From positions 96,001 to 160,000 of the forward strand of contig JAYFMW010000020.1 of NCBI GenBank assembly GCA_042408215.1: 64,000 nucleotides of DNA, written 5' to 3'. Under the pieces are notes generated by a model, which ran no database searches, was not told the origin of the DNA, and saw only the letters and a list, made by a program, of their open reading frames with translations. The stretch comes from Microcoleus sp. Its GTDB lineage: Bacteria > Cyanobacteriota > Cyanobacteriia > Cyanobacteriales > Microcoleaceae. The translations under genes and the position numbers were made by a program. Positions 11,160 through 21,983 of this stretch are shown here, one piece after another (position 1 is the first letter of the stretch; each line of letters starts with the position of its first letter).

Positions 11160-13823
11160 ATGGTATCACCACCTAATCCAAATCAATCGGGTTTATCTGT
11201 GAAACAGTCTCTAGAGGCTGGAATAGCCGCTTTGAAAGGGCGGGATTACGATCGGGCGATCGCCCTTTTAGAATCTGTCGCTGAAACCGCCGCCCAGCCA
11301 CTGAGTACGCGGGCGCAGATGGGATTGGTGGCTGCATACAAAGCAACTGGTAATCTTAAAGGGTCGATCGCCCTGTGCACTTCCCTCACCAAACATCCCA
11401 ACACACAAGTCAAAACTTGGGCCGATCGCACATTAACAGAATTGAGCGATCGTCGTCCCCCAAAACCACCGGAGAATCAAGGAAAAATCCCAGAAATTCC
11501 CCCAGAAACCGGCTTAGTCGCCCCTTTGGAGCGCATAATTGTTGGCACTGAACCGCCTAAAATACCGCCCTCAGTCGATAAACCCTCAGTAGACCATAAA
11601 ACAGAATTTTTGGCTTTTGAACCGACTGTAGGGCAAATAAAGGCTAAATCGAAAGATGTTTTGCCACCACCTCCACCCCCCAAACCGCCAACTTTTAAGA
11701 CTTCCGAACCGGAAAAATCAACAGCAACCACGCCCGACACAGCAATTAGCACAGAAATTAGCGACGCAAAAAGAGCCGATTCCCCAACAGATATCCCTCC
11801 ATTGAGCAGTGCAGATTCCTACCAACTGACTTGGCGCAATCAGGGGCGCGCTCAGAATTGGCGATCGCTCAAACCGCTGAAGTTGGCGGGTTTTCGGCTA
11901 GAAGCGATCGCCTGTACGATCGCCCTATTTTTGGTAGCGCGGTTTATTTGGCAATTCCTGCTCACAACCGCTAATTCTGTGTTGCTTCAGTTTTACATCT
12001 TCACGAGACTGCCTTTTTTCGCACCAATTCAGCTTTTTTACCAGGATCAGACTCAGTTTCTCCAAATTGTGTTTGTGTTGCTGTTGGCTTTCTCTCCGTG
12101 GCTGACAGACTTACTGCTGAAACTGTTTTGCGGTATCGAACCGCTGAAGGCGACGGTTTTATTGACTCACAGCAAAGAAGCTAGTCGGGTAGTGCGAAGT
12201 TTTTGTCACAAACAAGGTATACCCGCGCCGATTCTGAAAGTTTTGCCGATCGATGTACCTGTAGCTTTAAGTTACGGCTGTTTACCACGATTTGCTCGGA
12301 TTGTGGTGAGTCAGGGGCTGTTGGATCAATTGACGGAAGATGAAATTGCGACTATTTTGGCGCGGGAATTGGGGCACATCGCCCACTGGGATTTTGCGCC
12401 GATGTCGCTGGCGGTTTTGGTAATTCAGATTCCTTACCTGATTTATTCCCAGGTGGCGCACTGGGAGGAGCGGATTTCTGGTTTAATTAAGATCGAGTTT
12501 TTCCGTCATGTGGTGAATTTTTTGGCGGCTGGGATTTCGGCCTTTTGTTACGGGATTTATAAGTTGCTGAGATGGCCGATGTTGTGGCTGTCGCGCCGCC
12601 GCGCATATTTTAGCGATCGCGCCGCTGCGGAAATTACGGGGAATCCGAATGGTTTGACGCGGGCTCTGGCTAAAATTGCGATCGGAATAGCGAGCAATAT
12701 CGAGCAACAGCAACAAACTAGCTTTTTCCTCGAAGGTTTCGATCTGCTGCTACCTGTGGGTGTCGCGCAAGCTGTAACCCTTGGTTCTGCTGCTTTACAC
12801 GCGCCTCTGGAACAGATTTTGCTGTGGGATGTCAGCAATCCTTACCGCAATTGGTTGACGGTTAACAGCACACATCCTTTAATGGGTGAGCGTTTGAAGT
12901 TGTTGGCTCTTTACGCTCAATTCTGGAAACTCGAAACTGAGCTAGATTTGGCGAGTCTGGGAACGCAGGAGCCCAGTAAGGGTAAATTCCTCATTTCTCA
13001 CCTTTTTAACTCAAAATTTTGGGCGGACAGGAAATTCTGGGCGGATCGGAAATTTTGGGCGGATCGGAAATTCTGGGCTGACAGGAAATTCTGGGCTGAC
13101 AGGAAATTCTGGGCTGACAGGAAATTCTGGGCGGGTAGAAAATTCTGGGCGGGCACGGGGGCACCGCCCCTACTGTTACAAGGTGCGCCTTTTTTTGGGA
13201 TTCCGATGAGTTTGGCGATGGTGGGGGTGCTGTGGCTGATTGGGGGGATGTTTTCGATGACGAATATCTGGCGACTGGATTGGCTTTGGGGCGATCGATC
13301 TATTGTTTGGGGCTGTTTGCCGATCGGGTTTAGTATTGGTACTTTGATGCGGATTAATTATTTCTTCCCTGACCTTAAACCTGGAAAGCTTGCTGAACCG
13401 AGTTTACCTCAAATTTTGTCAAATCTCCCGACAATACCGCTGGATGCTCAACCGGTGCGGCTCTCAGGGCAACTTTTGGGTCGATCGGGTATGGCTAATT
13501 GGCTGGGACAGGATTTGATTTTGCAGACGGCGACGGGCTTAGTGAAGTTACATTATGTTTCAAGGTTTGGCCCGATCGGCTCTTTGTGGCCGTTTTTGAT
13601 CCAAGAGACTACTCGCCCTAGCGATTTGGTGGGTAGCTGTTTTCCAAGAGGGGTGGTGGCGACGGGCTGGCTGCGACGGGGTGCTACTGTGGCGATCGAT
13701 CTTGAAACCCTCCGCAGTCAAGGCGGCATTGTCAGCAACAGCGGACATCCCATCTGGTCTGCAATTTTAGCTTTTGCTGCCGCCTTTTGGGGAGCATACA
13801 TCATTTTCCTGGGCGGGAGGTAA
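11160..13823 (+). CDS. TPR + M48/HtpX-like membrane metallopeptidase homologue (degenerate HEXXH)
   Basis: N-terminal TPR-like helix pair, GLLDQLTEDEIATILARELGHI, SRRRAYFSDRAAAEITGNP and THPLMGERL. Confidence 0.85.
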   Translation: MVSPPNPNQSGLSVKQSLEAGIAALKGRDYDRAIALLESVAETAAQPLSTRAQMGLVAAYKATGNLKGSIALCTSLTKHPNTQVKTWADRTLTELSDRRPPKPPENQGKIPEIPPETGLVAPLERIIVGTEPPKIPPSVDKPSVDHKTEFLAFEPTVGQIKAKSKDVLPPPPPPKPPTFKTSEPEKSTATTPDTAISTEISDAKRADSPTDIPPLSSADSYQLTWRNQGRAQNWRSLKPLKLAGFRLEAIACTIALFLVARFIWQFLLTTANSVLLQFYIFTRLPFFAPIQLFYQDQTQFLQIVFVLLLAFSPWLTDLLLKLFCGIEPLKATVLLTHSKEASRVVRSFCHKQGIPAPILKVLPIDVPVALSYGCLPRFARIVVSQGLLDQLTEDEIATILARELGHIAHWDFAPMSLAVLVIQIPYLIYSQVAHWEERISGLIKIEFFRHVVNFLAAGISAFCYGIYKLLRWPMLWLSRRRAYFSDRAAAEITGNPNGLTRALAKIAIGIASNIEQQQQTSFFLEGFDLLLPVGVAQAVTLGSAALHAPLEQILLWDVSNPYRNWLTVNSTHPLMGERLKLLALYAQFWKLETELDLASLGTQEPSKGKFLISHLFNSKFWADRKFWADRKFWADRKFWADRKFWADRKFWADRKFWAGRKFWAGTGAPPLLLQGAPFFGIPMSLAMVGVLWLIGGMFSMTNIWRLDWLWGDRSIVWGCLPIGFSIGTLMRINYFFPDLKPGKLAEPSLPQILSNLPTIPLDAQPVRLSGQLLGRSGMANWLGQDLILQTATGLVKLHYVSRFGPIGSLWPFLIQETTRPSDLVGSCFPRGVVATGWLRRGATVAIDLETLRSQGGIVSNSGHPIWSAILAFAAAFWGAYIIFLGGR
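13014..13157 (+). repeat. In-frame 18-bp tandem repeat x8 encoding KFWADR/KFWAGx
   Basis: Six KFWADR units, then KFWAGR and KFWAGT. Confidence 0.95.
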
Positions 13824-14439
13824 GGAAGAAGTCATTAGTCAGTAGTCAGTAGTCATTAGTTAGAAGGATGAAAGATGAAATCATATTCTCCCCAACTCAC
13901 GCACTCTCACCCAGGCTGTGATACCTTTAAACAATGGTCGAACGCGGACTGGCCCGATTCTTGGGATATGAGGGTAAGTAAATAGTCCTCAGCATTAGGA
14001 GCGAGGTAAAGTTACTGGCTAAAAAATGTTTTAGAAGAGGTTAGCGATTTTATCCCTTGTTGTATTAAACTGAATACTGGTATCCGATCGCCTGAAATTG
14101 ACATCCTTGGAAATAAATTTCTACATTGCTGGCTATAAACATTCTGAATCAAAACCGGAAGCAAGTAACACAGAATAGCCAATAGCCTCAACATTTGAGT
14201 GATGACTAAAAGTTTACACAACAACTTGAGATTTAACAGCTCTCTGCATAGGCGGTTAAGTTCCGGCATTGCGAGAGTAAATCATCTTTTGTGCAAAGGT
14301 GAGGGGATCTGTCAAGGTTGGTCGGAGGAACGCGGAATTTCTGCGGTTGTGTTGTCTTGACCTGCGGTCAATATTCAGTTGACTTCAGGTAATGCTGTTC
14401 GATCGAACTAATTAGAATTCAAGTCTGGAGGAATCTTTC

Positions 14440-14982
14440 ATGTCTATTCGTTTATATGTGGGTAATCTACCGAAGGAACTCGATCGCCAAGAATTGCAAG
14501 AAGTTTTTGCACCGGAGGGCGAATCGGTAACAACAAAGGTAATTACCGATCGCAAAACTGGTAAATGTAGAGGATTTGGTTTCGTGACGGTGCTCACGGA
14601 CGAACAAGCCGATCAAGTTATTGAGAAATATAATGGCTTGATGTTCAAAGAAAACCCCCTAAAGATAGAGAAGGCGCTACCTCGCTCTAAGGGTAAATCG
14701 GAGAAGGGTGAAGGCGAAGAGCAGCATTCACCTGCGGCACCGCAGTTGGCTTCGGCGTCGCCGTCGCAGCCTGCGCCGCAGCCGCGCTCGGCTCCCCCTA
14801 CCCAAGGTGGAGGCGGCTCTGGTAAAAGCAATCGTCGTCGCGACAACAACAAGTCTCGTCGCAATCCAGCAGCAGCAACTTCGTCGAGCACTGATTCTGG
14901 CTCGGTACAGCCAGATCCGCGCTGGGCGAGCGCTCTGGAAGAGCTCAAGCAAAGGTTACAGGAAGCTCAGGCTACTAACTAG
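14440..14982 (+). CDS. RRM RNA-binding protein with long C-terminal extension (Rbp3-like)
   Basis: RNP2 LYVGNL, RNP1 RGFGFV and the QPDPRWA C-terminal motif. Confidence 0.93.
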   Translation: MSIRLYVGNLPKELDRQELQEVFAPEGESVTTKVITDRKTGKCRGFGFVTVLTDEQADQVIEKYNGLMFKENPLKIEKALPRSKGKSEKGEGEEQHSPAAPQLASASPSQPAPQPRSAPPTQGGGGSGKSNRRRDNNKSRRNPAAATSSSTDSGSVQPDPRWASALEELKQRLQEAQATN

Positions 14983-15020
14983 GAATGTCGATCGAGTTTG
15001 GTTGACTGAATATATCTGGA

Positions 15021-15070
15021 AGTGCGATCGAAAAGGGGGAAAAATCTCTTTTTCGATCGCACTATTTTTC
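15021..15070 (+). terminator. Intrinsic terminator after the RRM gene
   Basis: Hairpin AGTGCGATCGAAAAGGGGGA-loop-TCTCTTTTTCGATCGCACT followed by ATTTTTC. Confidence 0.7.
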
Positions 15071-15207
15071 TGTAAGTATGTTAGTTACCTTAAGAGGTTT
15101 TCTCCGGGGCGGGTTTAACAATAAATCGAAAGATTGAAGTCAAATGTTTCAGAATTAGGAATCGGTAAACTCGCAGGTTGAAAAATAATTTTCGGCGGAG
15201 TTGATGC

Positions 15208-15630
15208 TCATACAACAGTTAAATTGTCAGCCGATGGCTGTCGAGAAATAAGGTGATCTGCTTCGGCTCCGGCTAGGGTGTTAACTGACAGGCTGTAAGG
15301 AACTTCTAGGGAGATAATTGTTTCGTTGTTACGCAGCCAATTTAATTGGGTATCTCCCGTTGTAGCAGTTGGGCTAATAGAGGTTTTAGCTCCCAATAAA
15401 TCGCCAATTAAAAAAGATAAATCCTGTTGGGGATTTGGGCTGACAGCAGGTGCGGGTACGATCGCACTTGCAGGCGCAGGAACGATCGCGATCGAACTTG
15501 CAGGTGCTGGCTGAATTTGAGCTACAGGCAGGGTTTCAGAGGCTTGAGGGGCTGTCAAAGCAGGATTTGGCGCGATCCGAAGGTTGGGGGCGATCGCAGG
15601 TTGAGAGGCGAGGAAGGAGGTGCGGGGGCA
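15208..15630 (-). pseudogene. Possible remnant of a Pro/Ala-rich secreted protein
   Basis: Open frame with protein-like PAPA repeats. The ORF's 5' end lies in a repeat tract and has no convincing start. Confidence 0.3.
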
Positions 15631-15717
15631 GGAATATAAATGAACGCAGATGAAATTCCATCTGCTTTCATCTGCGTTTATCTGCTTAATATCTGCGGTA
15701 AAAAACTCCCAATCCAA

Positions 15718-17787
15718 CTACTTCGCCGCAGGTAAAGACAACTGAGGCGAAGCTTTAGGATACTTTCCATTCCCGGAAATCACAGCCGGTTCCTGGGAAA
15801 GCAAAAACTCACGAATTAGTCGAGTTACTGCTCTTTGAGCTAAACCGCCGACTACTTGCTGGCCCATATTCTGCACTTCTGGTTTCACCAACAACTGCGG
15901 AAGTAGCTGTAATACTTTCATCCCGTCAAAACCGGGAGTTGATTGCAAAATATCCCAAATCCGTTTGATGTGTTCTAAGTTTTTTTGTTCAGTTGGTGAA
16001 ACCACAGGTTGATTTGCTTTGACTCCAAACCATTCGCCCACGACTGCTTTGGCGTTAGCAAAGGCATTGTTGGAAAGTGTGTCGAGACTTTTGACTAATT
16101 CAGTGACAATGCGATCGCGAATAAAATCTCCTCTTTCAGAAAATAAATACTCTAACGCTTGGTTCAGGATTTTGCTGACATCGTAATCGTCGCTATCGCG
16201 GGCATTGTTGAGCAAGTTTTCTAAGCGGTTCCAGCGGAATTCTCCCTGTTTGAACAACAACTCTTGCAGGGATGCTCTCAATTCTGGTGCGGGGTCGCTC
16301 AACAGCCGTTTTGCAACGTAAGGATAGGCTTTGCTCAACACTTTAAATTCGGGGTCAACGTTAATTGCAATCCCTTCTAAGGTGACGAGCGATCGAATAA
16401 TCAAAGCATAGTAGGCTGGAACTCGGAAAGGATATTCGTACATCACCGCCGAGAGTTCGTCAGTAATGCTTTTGAAATTGAGTTCGGCAACGCTAGCACC
16501 CAAAGCATTGTTAAACACTCCAGCCAAGGCCGGAATAATTGGTGTCAAATCGGTGTCTGGTGTTAAAAATTCCAACTTGACATAATCTTTTGCTAAACCT
16601 TCAAAGTCGCGGTTCACCAAATGCACTACAGCTTCTAATAAGCCGTATCGCTGATAAGGTTTCACTTCGCTCATCATTCCGAAATCGAGATAAGCTAATT
16701 GACCGTCAGGAGTTGCCAAAAGATTGCCTGGATGGGGGTCTGCGTGAAAAAAACCATGTTCTAGGAGTTGTCTGAGAGAACACTGCACCCCCACTTCAAT
16801 TAAGTAAGGAGCGTCTATTCCTTGAGCCTTGACAGCTTCTAAATTAGTGAGTTTGACGCCGGTGATCCACTCCATTGTTAAGACGCGGCGGCGGGTATAT
16901 TCCCAGTAGATGCTGGGAACGTAAATGTCTTTGATGTAGCCGTATAGTTCGGCAAACCGTTCGGCATTTTGACCTTCGTGGGTGTAGTCCATTTCTTCGT
17001 AAATTCGCTCGCCCAATTCGTCCATAATTCCTGCGAGGTCGCTGCGAATTATTTTGAAGGTGTTTTGTGCCCAAAGTGCGACGCGCCGCAGGATGTAGAT
17101 GTCTAAACCAATGTTTTCGGCTAAGCCTGGTCGCTGGACTTTGATTGCGACTGTTTCTCCGGTTTTGAGTTTGCCTTTGTAGACTTGTCCGAGAGATGCT
17201 GCTGCGATCGGATCTGGGCTAATTTCTGCGTAGATTTCGTGAGGATGGGCACCCAATTCTTCTTGGATAAATTGATAGGCTACTTCGTTGGGAAAGGCTG
17301 GCAATTGGTCTTGCAGCGTTGTTAGTTCTTCTAAATATACTGGCGGTACTAAGTCGGGCCTGGTTGAGAGTGCTTGTCCGATTTTGATGAAAGCGGGGCC
17401 GAGTTCGCTGAGAATTTCTCGCAGTCGGGCGGCGCGACGCTTTTCGTTGGTGGCGGTGCGGCCTGTTTTGCCGTCGAACCACAAACTGAAGGCAAAGCCG
17501 AAAAATGTCCAAACAACGCTCAGCAGCCTTCCCCAGACTTGTAGAGGCCGATTTCGGTACTGGGCTGCGATCGCCACTGGATCGTACCGAACAGCATCTC
17601 CAGCCAACTCGAAAGCTATGTCTTTGGCTGATTTGAGGACTTCGGAAGTTACGGCTTCTGTCTCTACGGCTATTGGTACTGCTTGCAGGGGAATTGTGTT
17701 TGCATCTTTGAGATTGCCGAGTACAGCCTGAGTCCCTGAATTTGCATAAGTTTGCGGGGAGGCTGGCGATACAGTCTTGACATTCAT
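15718..17787 (-). CDS. AarF/ABC1/UbiB family atypical kinase
   Basis: LGPAFIKIGQALSTRPD, AAASLGQVY, VAIKVQRP, FFHADPHPGN and LDFGMM. Confidence 0.97.
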   Translation of the reverse strand: MNVKTVSPASPQTYANSGTQAVLGNLKDANTIPLQAVPIAVETEAVTSEVLKSAKDIAFELAGDAVRYDPVAIAAQYRNRPLQVWGRLLSVVWTFFGFAFSLWFDGKTGRTATNEKRRAARLREILSELGPAFIKIGQALSTRPDLVPPVYLEELTTLQDQLPAFPNEVAYQFIQEELGAHPHEIYAEISPDPIAAASLGQVYKGKLKTGETVAIKVQRPGLAENIGLDIYILRRVALWAQNTFKIIRSDLAGIMDELGERIYEEMDYTHEGQNAERFAELYGYIKDIYVPSIYWEYTRRRVLTMEWITGVKLTNLEAVKAQGIDAPYLIEVGVQCSLRQLLEHGFFHADPHPGNLLATPDGQLAYLDFGMMSEVKPYQRYGLLEAVVHLVNRDFEGLAKDYVKLEFLTPDTDLTPIIPALAGVFNNALGASVAELNFKSITDELSAVMYEYPFRVPAYYALIIRSLVTLEGIAINVDPEFKVLSKAYPYVAKRLLSDPAPELRASLQELLFKQGEFRWNRLENLLNNARDSDDYDVSKILNQALEYLFSERGDFIRDRIVTELVKSLDTLSNNAFANAKAVVGEWFGVKANQPVVSPTEQKNLEHIKRIWDILQSTPGFDGMKVLQLLPQLLVKPEVQNMGQQVVGGLAQRAVTRLIREFLLSQEPAVISGNGKYPKASPQLSLPAAK

Positions 17788-17968
17788 AAATCAGACCTAG
17801 TGGGAAGCATTGTAAATATATTGTAACAATTTAGGGAAGAAGGGGCACAACACTGATTCGGACACGGATACACGGATGGATTTAGATCGTTCGGCGGTTG
17901 AAACCGCTTCTTGTCAAACAAAGTCCGCCTCCGCGGACTAAGAAATAGAAGTTTCAGGCGTTGCTAAT

Positions 17969-18391
17969 TTACTCGTCGCTGGAAAACAGGAGTCGATCGC
18001 AAATCTGTGACAATTGCAATTTGGTACTGACGGGCGATCGAGGTTGGGGCATTTCGGTATCGGGCCAGTGGGCTAAGTCGTTACAGGGACAGAACTCCGG
18101 GGGCATTCCCAAATCGCGGAACGGTACCGGCATCGCACAGCGGGCGCAGGGACTGATGTCCCAAGCTGGTGTCAGTAGTTGGGCTATGGTTTCGTTTGTG
18201 CCTTCCAGGTAACAGTCTCCGCTTTCGGGAGAGAGCATTTTTTGCCAGCTTTCTTCAAATTCGCTGCTGTAGCGATCGCCCGCAATTACTGGTTTGGGCA
18301 GCAGTGCTTCGGCACCGTTGCTAATTAATACTTTTTTACCTAGTTGAAACCAGTAAGCAATATATTTTCTCACTTGATGCTCAGATGCCAT
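17969..18391 (-). CDS. Conserved cyanobacterial hypothetical protein
   Basis: YIAYWFQLGKKV, CYLEGT and CARC motifs with a normal ATG start. Confidence 0.8.
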   Translation of the reverse strand: MASEHQVRKYIAYWFQLGKKVLISNGAEALLPKPVIAGDRYSSEFEESWQKMLSPESGDCYLEGTNETIAQLLTPAWDISPCARCAMPVPFRDLGMPPEFCPCNDLAHWPDTEMPQPRSPVSTKLQLSQICDRLLFSSDE

Positions 18392-18793
18392 AACTTTTCT
18401 TCAACCCTTCAACCATTTTTTTATTTGAGACTTTCAAGCTTGAATTTTTACCTAGTCAATCTCGGATACAAACTCCTCCTTAAGAGGGATGTATCGAAAC
18501 AAAATATCGATTCTGCACCGGAATTTAGAGAGATAAAATTCTGGATTCTGGAGCAGTGTCTGATGATGAAAGGATGACTCTTTCTCAGGAGAGATTTGAT
18601 TGTTTACATTCTTTCACGATCGGGCTATTTACCCTCTCAAATTGTGGTGTTGGCTGCCCGATCGATATTTTTAAAAGGGCAAATTATGTACTGTTGAGTT
18701 TTCTGTCACTGCTTAGATTATACCTGATTTTGAGATCATTTTTTAGAGTTGCCAACTTAGATTTTCTTTCTTGTCGATCGCCCAGCAGGGCTA

Positions 18794-19339
18794 TTATTTT
18801 TTAGCTGGGAGCGGTGTACCCAGAGCCGTGAGATTCAAGGCGTAGCCCCCGGTGGCGAGATAAACACGATCGGCGATCGCCCCGATGTGGCGGACAAGAG
18901 TGCCGAGGCGATCGCGAAACAGCCGTCCCGCCGGATAAGCAGGCACTACTCCCCATCCGGTTTCCTCTCCTACCAAAATTACATCGGCCATCGCCACCTT
19001 CAAACTAGCGAGCAAATCTTGCTGTGTCTGTTCCCAAACAGCCGCTTCTTGTTCCAAAAGATTTGCCGTCCAAGTTCCCACCGAATCAATTAACAAGCAA
19101 TTTGAGCGATCGGCCGATCGCACAACTGCTGACAAGTCGATCGGCACTTCCAGAGTTTTCCAATCAGCCGGACGGCGATTTTTGTGAAGTTCGAGGCGAC
19201 TTTGCCATTCCAAATCGCTTGGGTCAACCTCGCCTGTAGCCACATAAATTACTGGTTTTCCCGAATCAGCAGCCATAGTTTCGGCCAATTCACTTTTGCC
19301 AGACCTGGCCGGCCCGGTCACTAAGATTATTTTAGTCAT
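18794..19339 (-). CDS. cobU: Adenosylcobinamide kinase / adenosylcobinamide-phosphate guanylyltransferase
   Basis: ILVTGPARSGKS, YVAT, H..RRP..W, EETGWGVVP and RLFRD motifs. Confidence 0.96.
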   Translation of the reverse strand: MTKIILVTGPARSGKSELAETMAADSGKPVIYVATGEVDPSDLEWQSRLELHKNRRPADWKTLEVPIDLSAVVRSADRSNCLLIDSVGTWTANLLEQEAAVWEQTQQDLLASLKVAMADVILVGEETGWGVVPAYPAGRLFRDRLGTLVRHIGAIADRVYLATGGYALNLTALGTPLPAKK

Positions 19340-19683
19340 TTGTTGTGGGTTATTTGTTGTGGGTTATGTTGTTGGATTGGCGTTATTGGTTATTCGTTAT
19401 TTGAAAAACGAAAAACTCCCTATCCGTGTAAATGATTTTTCAGGGATAATAGCATTGATGGGACAATATCAGAGTCAGTCGATCGAGCTTCCCAGCATAG
19501 CCGTTTTCCAGCACATGAGGTGCGCCCTTACTAATTCGCAATTCAGGGAGAAGAAGGAAGAAACAGAAACTATTCCCGATGCTCGATGCTATAAAGGCCC
19601 GATGCCCGATGCCCAATGCCCGATGCCCAATGCCCGATGCCCAGGATCGATCGAACTCCCCAGTATTTCCCAAGCTGTCAATT

Positions 19684-20652
19684 ATGCCAAAACCCCAGAT
19701 ATCAGCAATAATTTGTACCCACAATCGTCACAGCTATCTAGGCGCTGCGATCGACAGCTTGCTAGTACAGGATTTTCCCGACAACTTTGAAGTAGTCGTA
19801 GTGGATAACGCTTCTAGCGATTATGCCAGCCCCGACAGCTCAAAAACGCGCACCCGCCAAGTAGTAGAAGCAAGACTCTCCAACCCCCGCCTCAAATACA
19901 TCTGGGAACCCGAACTCGGTTTGTCAGTAGCCCGGAACACCGGCGCGAGAGTTGCAGAAAGCGAAATTTTAGCCTATCTCGATGACGATGCTGTGGCTGA
20001 GTCCAATTGGCTCAGGGTGCTGCACAGCGCCTATCAAAGCCATCAAAAACTGGCCGTAGCCGGTGGTAAAGTCAATTTGCTCTGGCCTTCTGGAGGGGGC
20101 CCTCCCGACTGGCTTTCCCCCGGATTGGCCGAGAATTTGGGCGCCTACGATTTAGGGGAAAGTTGGGTGTACATAACCACTGCTGGATTGACTCCCAGAG
20201 GTGTAAACTACTCAATCCGGCGCACTTTTCTTGAACAAATTGGCGGTTTCGATGTCAAACTCGGTAGAGTCGGCAAAAAATTGTTGTCCAATGAAGAGTT
20301 GCATACCACAGAATTAGCTTTAGAGCTAGGTTGGCAAGTAGTTTATCTGCCCGAAGCCCTGGTGCTTCACAATGTCGCTCCCGAACGCCTTAACAAAGGG
20401 TGGTTTGTAGAGCGCGGGTGGTGGCAAGGTATCAGTGAGTGTTACCGGGAACAATTGTGCGATCGAGCCGGTATTGTTCAGCTTTGGCATGGGGGTGAAA
20501 GAATGTTTAGGGGTGTCTACAAATCTTTTAAATACATTAGAGATCCAGCGCTGCGCTTTGAAAACTTGGTTTTTGCTTGGGGTCAAATTGGTTATTTGAG
20601 TGCAGCCGTCCGCGGCCTGATTTTTCCACCGAAATCAACCCGCAGGCATTAG
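19684..20652 (+). CDS. Family 2 glycosyltransferase
   Basis: ISAIICTHNR, VVDNAS, GLSVARNTG and YLDDDA. ATG 19684 chosen because the upstream ORF extension is a (TGCCCRA)n repeat. Confidence 0.93.
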   Translation: MPKPQISAIICTHNRHSYLGAAIDSLLVQDFPDNFEVVVVDNASSDYASPDSSKTRTRQVVEARLSNPRLKYIWEPELGLSVARNTGARVAESEILAYLDDDAVAESNWLRVLHSAYQSHQKLAVAGGKVNLLWPSGGGPPDWLSPGLAENLGAYDLGESWVYITTAGLTPRGVNYSIRRTFLEQIGGFDVKLGRVGKKLLSNEELHTTELALELGWQVVYLPEALVLHNVAPERLNKGWFVERGWWQGISECYREQLCDRAGIVQLWHGGERMFRGVYKSFKYIRDPALRFENLVFAWGQIGYLSAAVRGLIFPPKSTRRH

Positions 20653-20662
20653 GCTATAGGCG

Positions 20663-20891
20663 CATTGGTGTTAACTTAACGTCAAACTCAGTCACAGAAT
20701 ACTTGTTTGACTATTAAGCCCAGATCCCCCCCATTCTTGCCCCCTAGTCAACCCTACTCCCCTTCAGAAGGGGAGTAGGGGGTGAGAGAGGAAGCCTCTT
20801 TAAGTCCCCCTTCTTAAGGGGGATTTAGGGGGATCTAGACTTAGGTAAAAGCGAGATTTATCAAGGGTTTCAGTCTTAAGTTGACACTACG
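20663..20891 (+). mobile_element. MITE-like element, family A, copy 1 (TIR consensus CATTGGTGTCAACTTAA)
   Basis: Terminal inverted repeats. Homologous to 28746-28982 (inverted) and 50750-50980. Confidence 0.85.
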
Positions 20892-20978
20892 AAAGGCAGT
20901 ACCGTGTCCCTACCGGACATCTATCGTACATACTTCATCCAAAACAACTCGACCGCATTCAGGTTCAAGCACTCGATT

Positions 20979-21935
20979 ATGACCTCTAGTTCATCCAAGA
21001 TTCCAGTTTCAGTTCTCATTCCGGCCAAAGACGAAGAACTTAATCTACCTGCGTGTCTGGCGAGCATTACCAGGGCGGATGAAATTTTTCTGGTAGATTC
21101 CCAAAGTAGCGATCGCACAGTAGAAATCGCCCTAAATAGTGGCGCAAAAGTAGTGCAATTCTACTTCAATAACCGCTGGCCAAAAAAGAAAAATTGGTCA
21201 TTGGATAACCTGCCATTTCGTAACGAATGGGTGTTAATTGTCGATTGCGACGAGCGGATTCCCCCAGAACTTTGGGACGAAATTGCCCAAGTCATCCAAA
21301 ACCCCAATTTTGAGGGCTACTACCTCAACCGCAAAGTCTTCTTTTTAGGTAAGTGGCTGCGTTACGGAGGCAGATATCCCGACTGGAACTTGCGTTTATT
21401 CAAGCATCAAAAAGGTCGTTACGAAAATCTCGGAACTGAATCCGTCCCCAATACCGGTGACAACGAAGTACACGAACACGTCATTTTAGCCGGTCAAGTT
21501 GGATACTTAAAAAATGACATGATCCACGAGGATTACCGCGATTTATTTCATTGGATAGAGCGCCACAACCGCTATTCTAATTGGGACGCTCGCGTTTATT
21601 ACAATATTATTGAAGGGCGCGACGACAGCGGCACTATTGGTGCAAACTTATTTGGAGATGCAGTGCAGCGTAAGCGATTTCTCAAAAAAGTTTGGGTGCG
21701 GCTGCCTTTTAAACCACTGCTCAGATTTATTTTATTTTACTTCATTCAGCTCGGCTTTTTGGATGGAAAAGCTGGCTATATTTATGCAAGGCTATTGAGT
21801 CAGTACGAGTATCAAATTAATGCAAAACTTTACGAATTGCGCTGTTGTGGCGGTCAGTTGAATGTGGCAGAATCTGAGCCTACTTTGTCGCCACCAGTAG
21901 TTAGAACTCAGGAGAGTGAAGTTAAATCGCCGTGA
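20979..21935 (+). CDS. Family 2 glycosyltransferase
   Basis: VSVLIPAKDEE, VDSQSSDRT, WVLIVDCDE, YPDWNLRLF and EVHEH. Confidence 0.94.
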   Translation: MTSSSSKIPVSVLIPAKDEELNLPACLASITRADEIFLVDSQSSDRTVEIALNSGAKVVQFYFNNRWPKKKNWSLDNLPFRNEWVLIVDCDERIPPELWDEIAQVIQNPNFEGYYLNRKVFFLGKWLRYGGRYPDWNLRLFKHQKGRYENLGTESVPNTGDNEVHEHVILAGQVGYLKNDMIHEDYRDLFHWIERHNRYSNWDARVYYNIIEGRDDSGTIGANLFGDAVQRKRFLKKVWVRLPFKPLLRFILFYFIQLGFLDGKAGYIYARLLSQYEYQINAKLYELRCCGGQLNVAESEPTLSPPVVRTQESEVKSP

Positions 21936-21983
21936 GATTTTGCACGGAGAACATACTTTTTTATAATTAATAATCCCAAATCC

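Noticed and set aside
14012..14269. 85-aa minus-strand ORF upstream of the RRM gene
   Set aside because: No recognisable motif. It lies in the probable promoter/UTR region.
19579..19683. N-terminal extension of the first GT2 (CPMPNAR repeats)
   Set aside because: Derived from the (TGCCCRA)n intergenic repeat. The real start is probably 19684.
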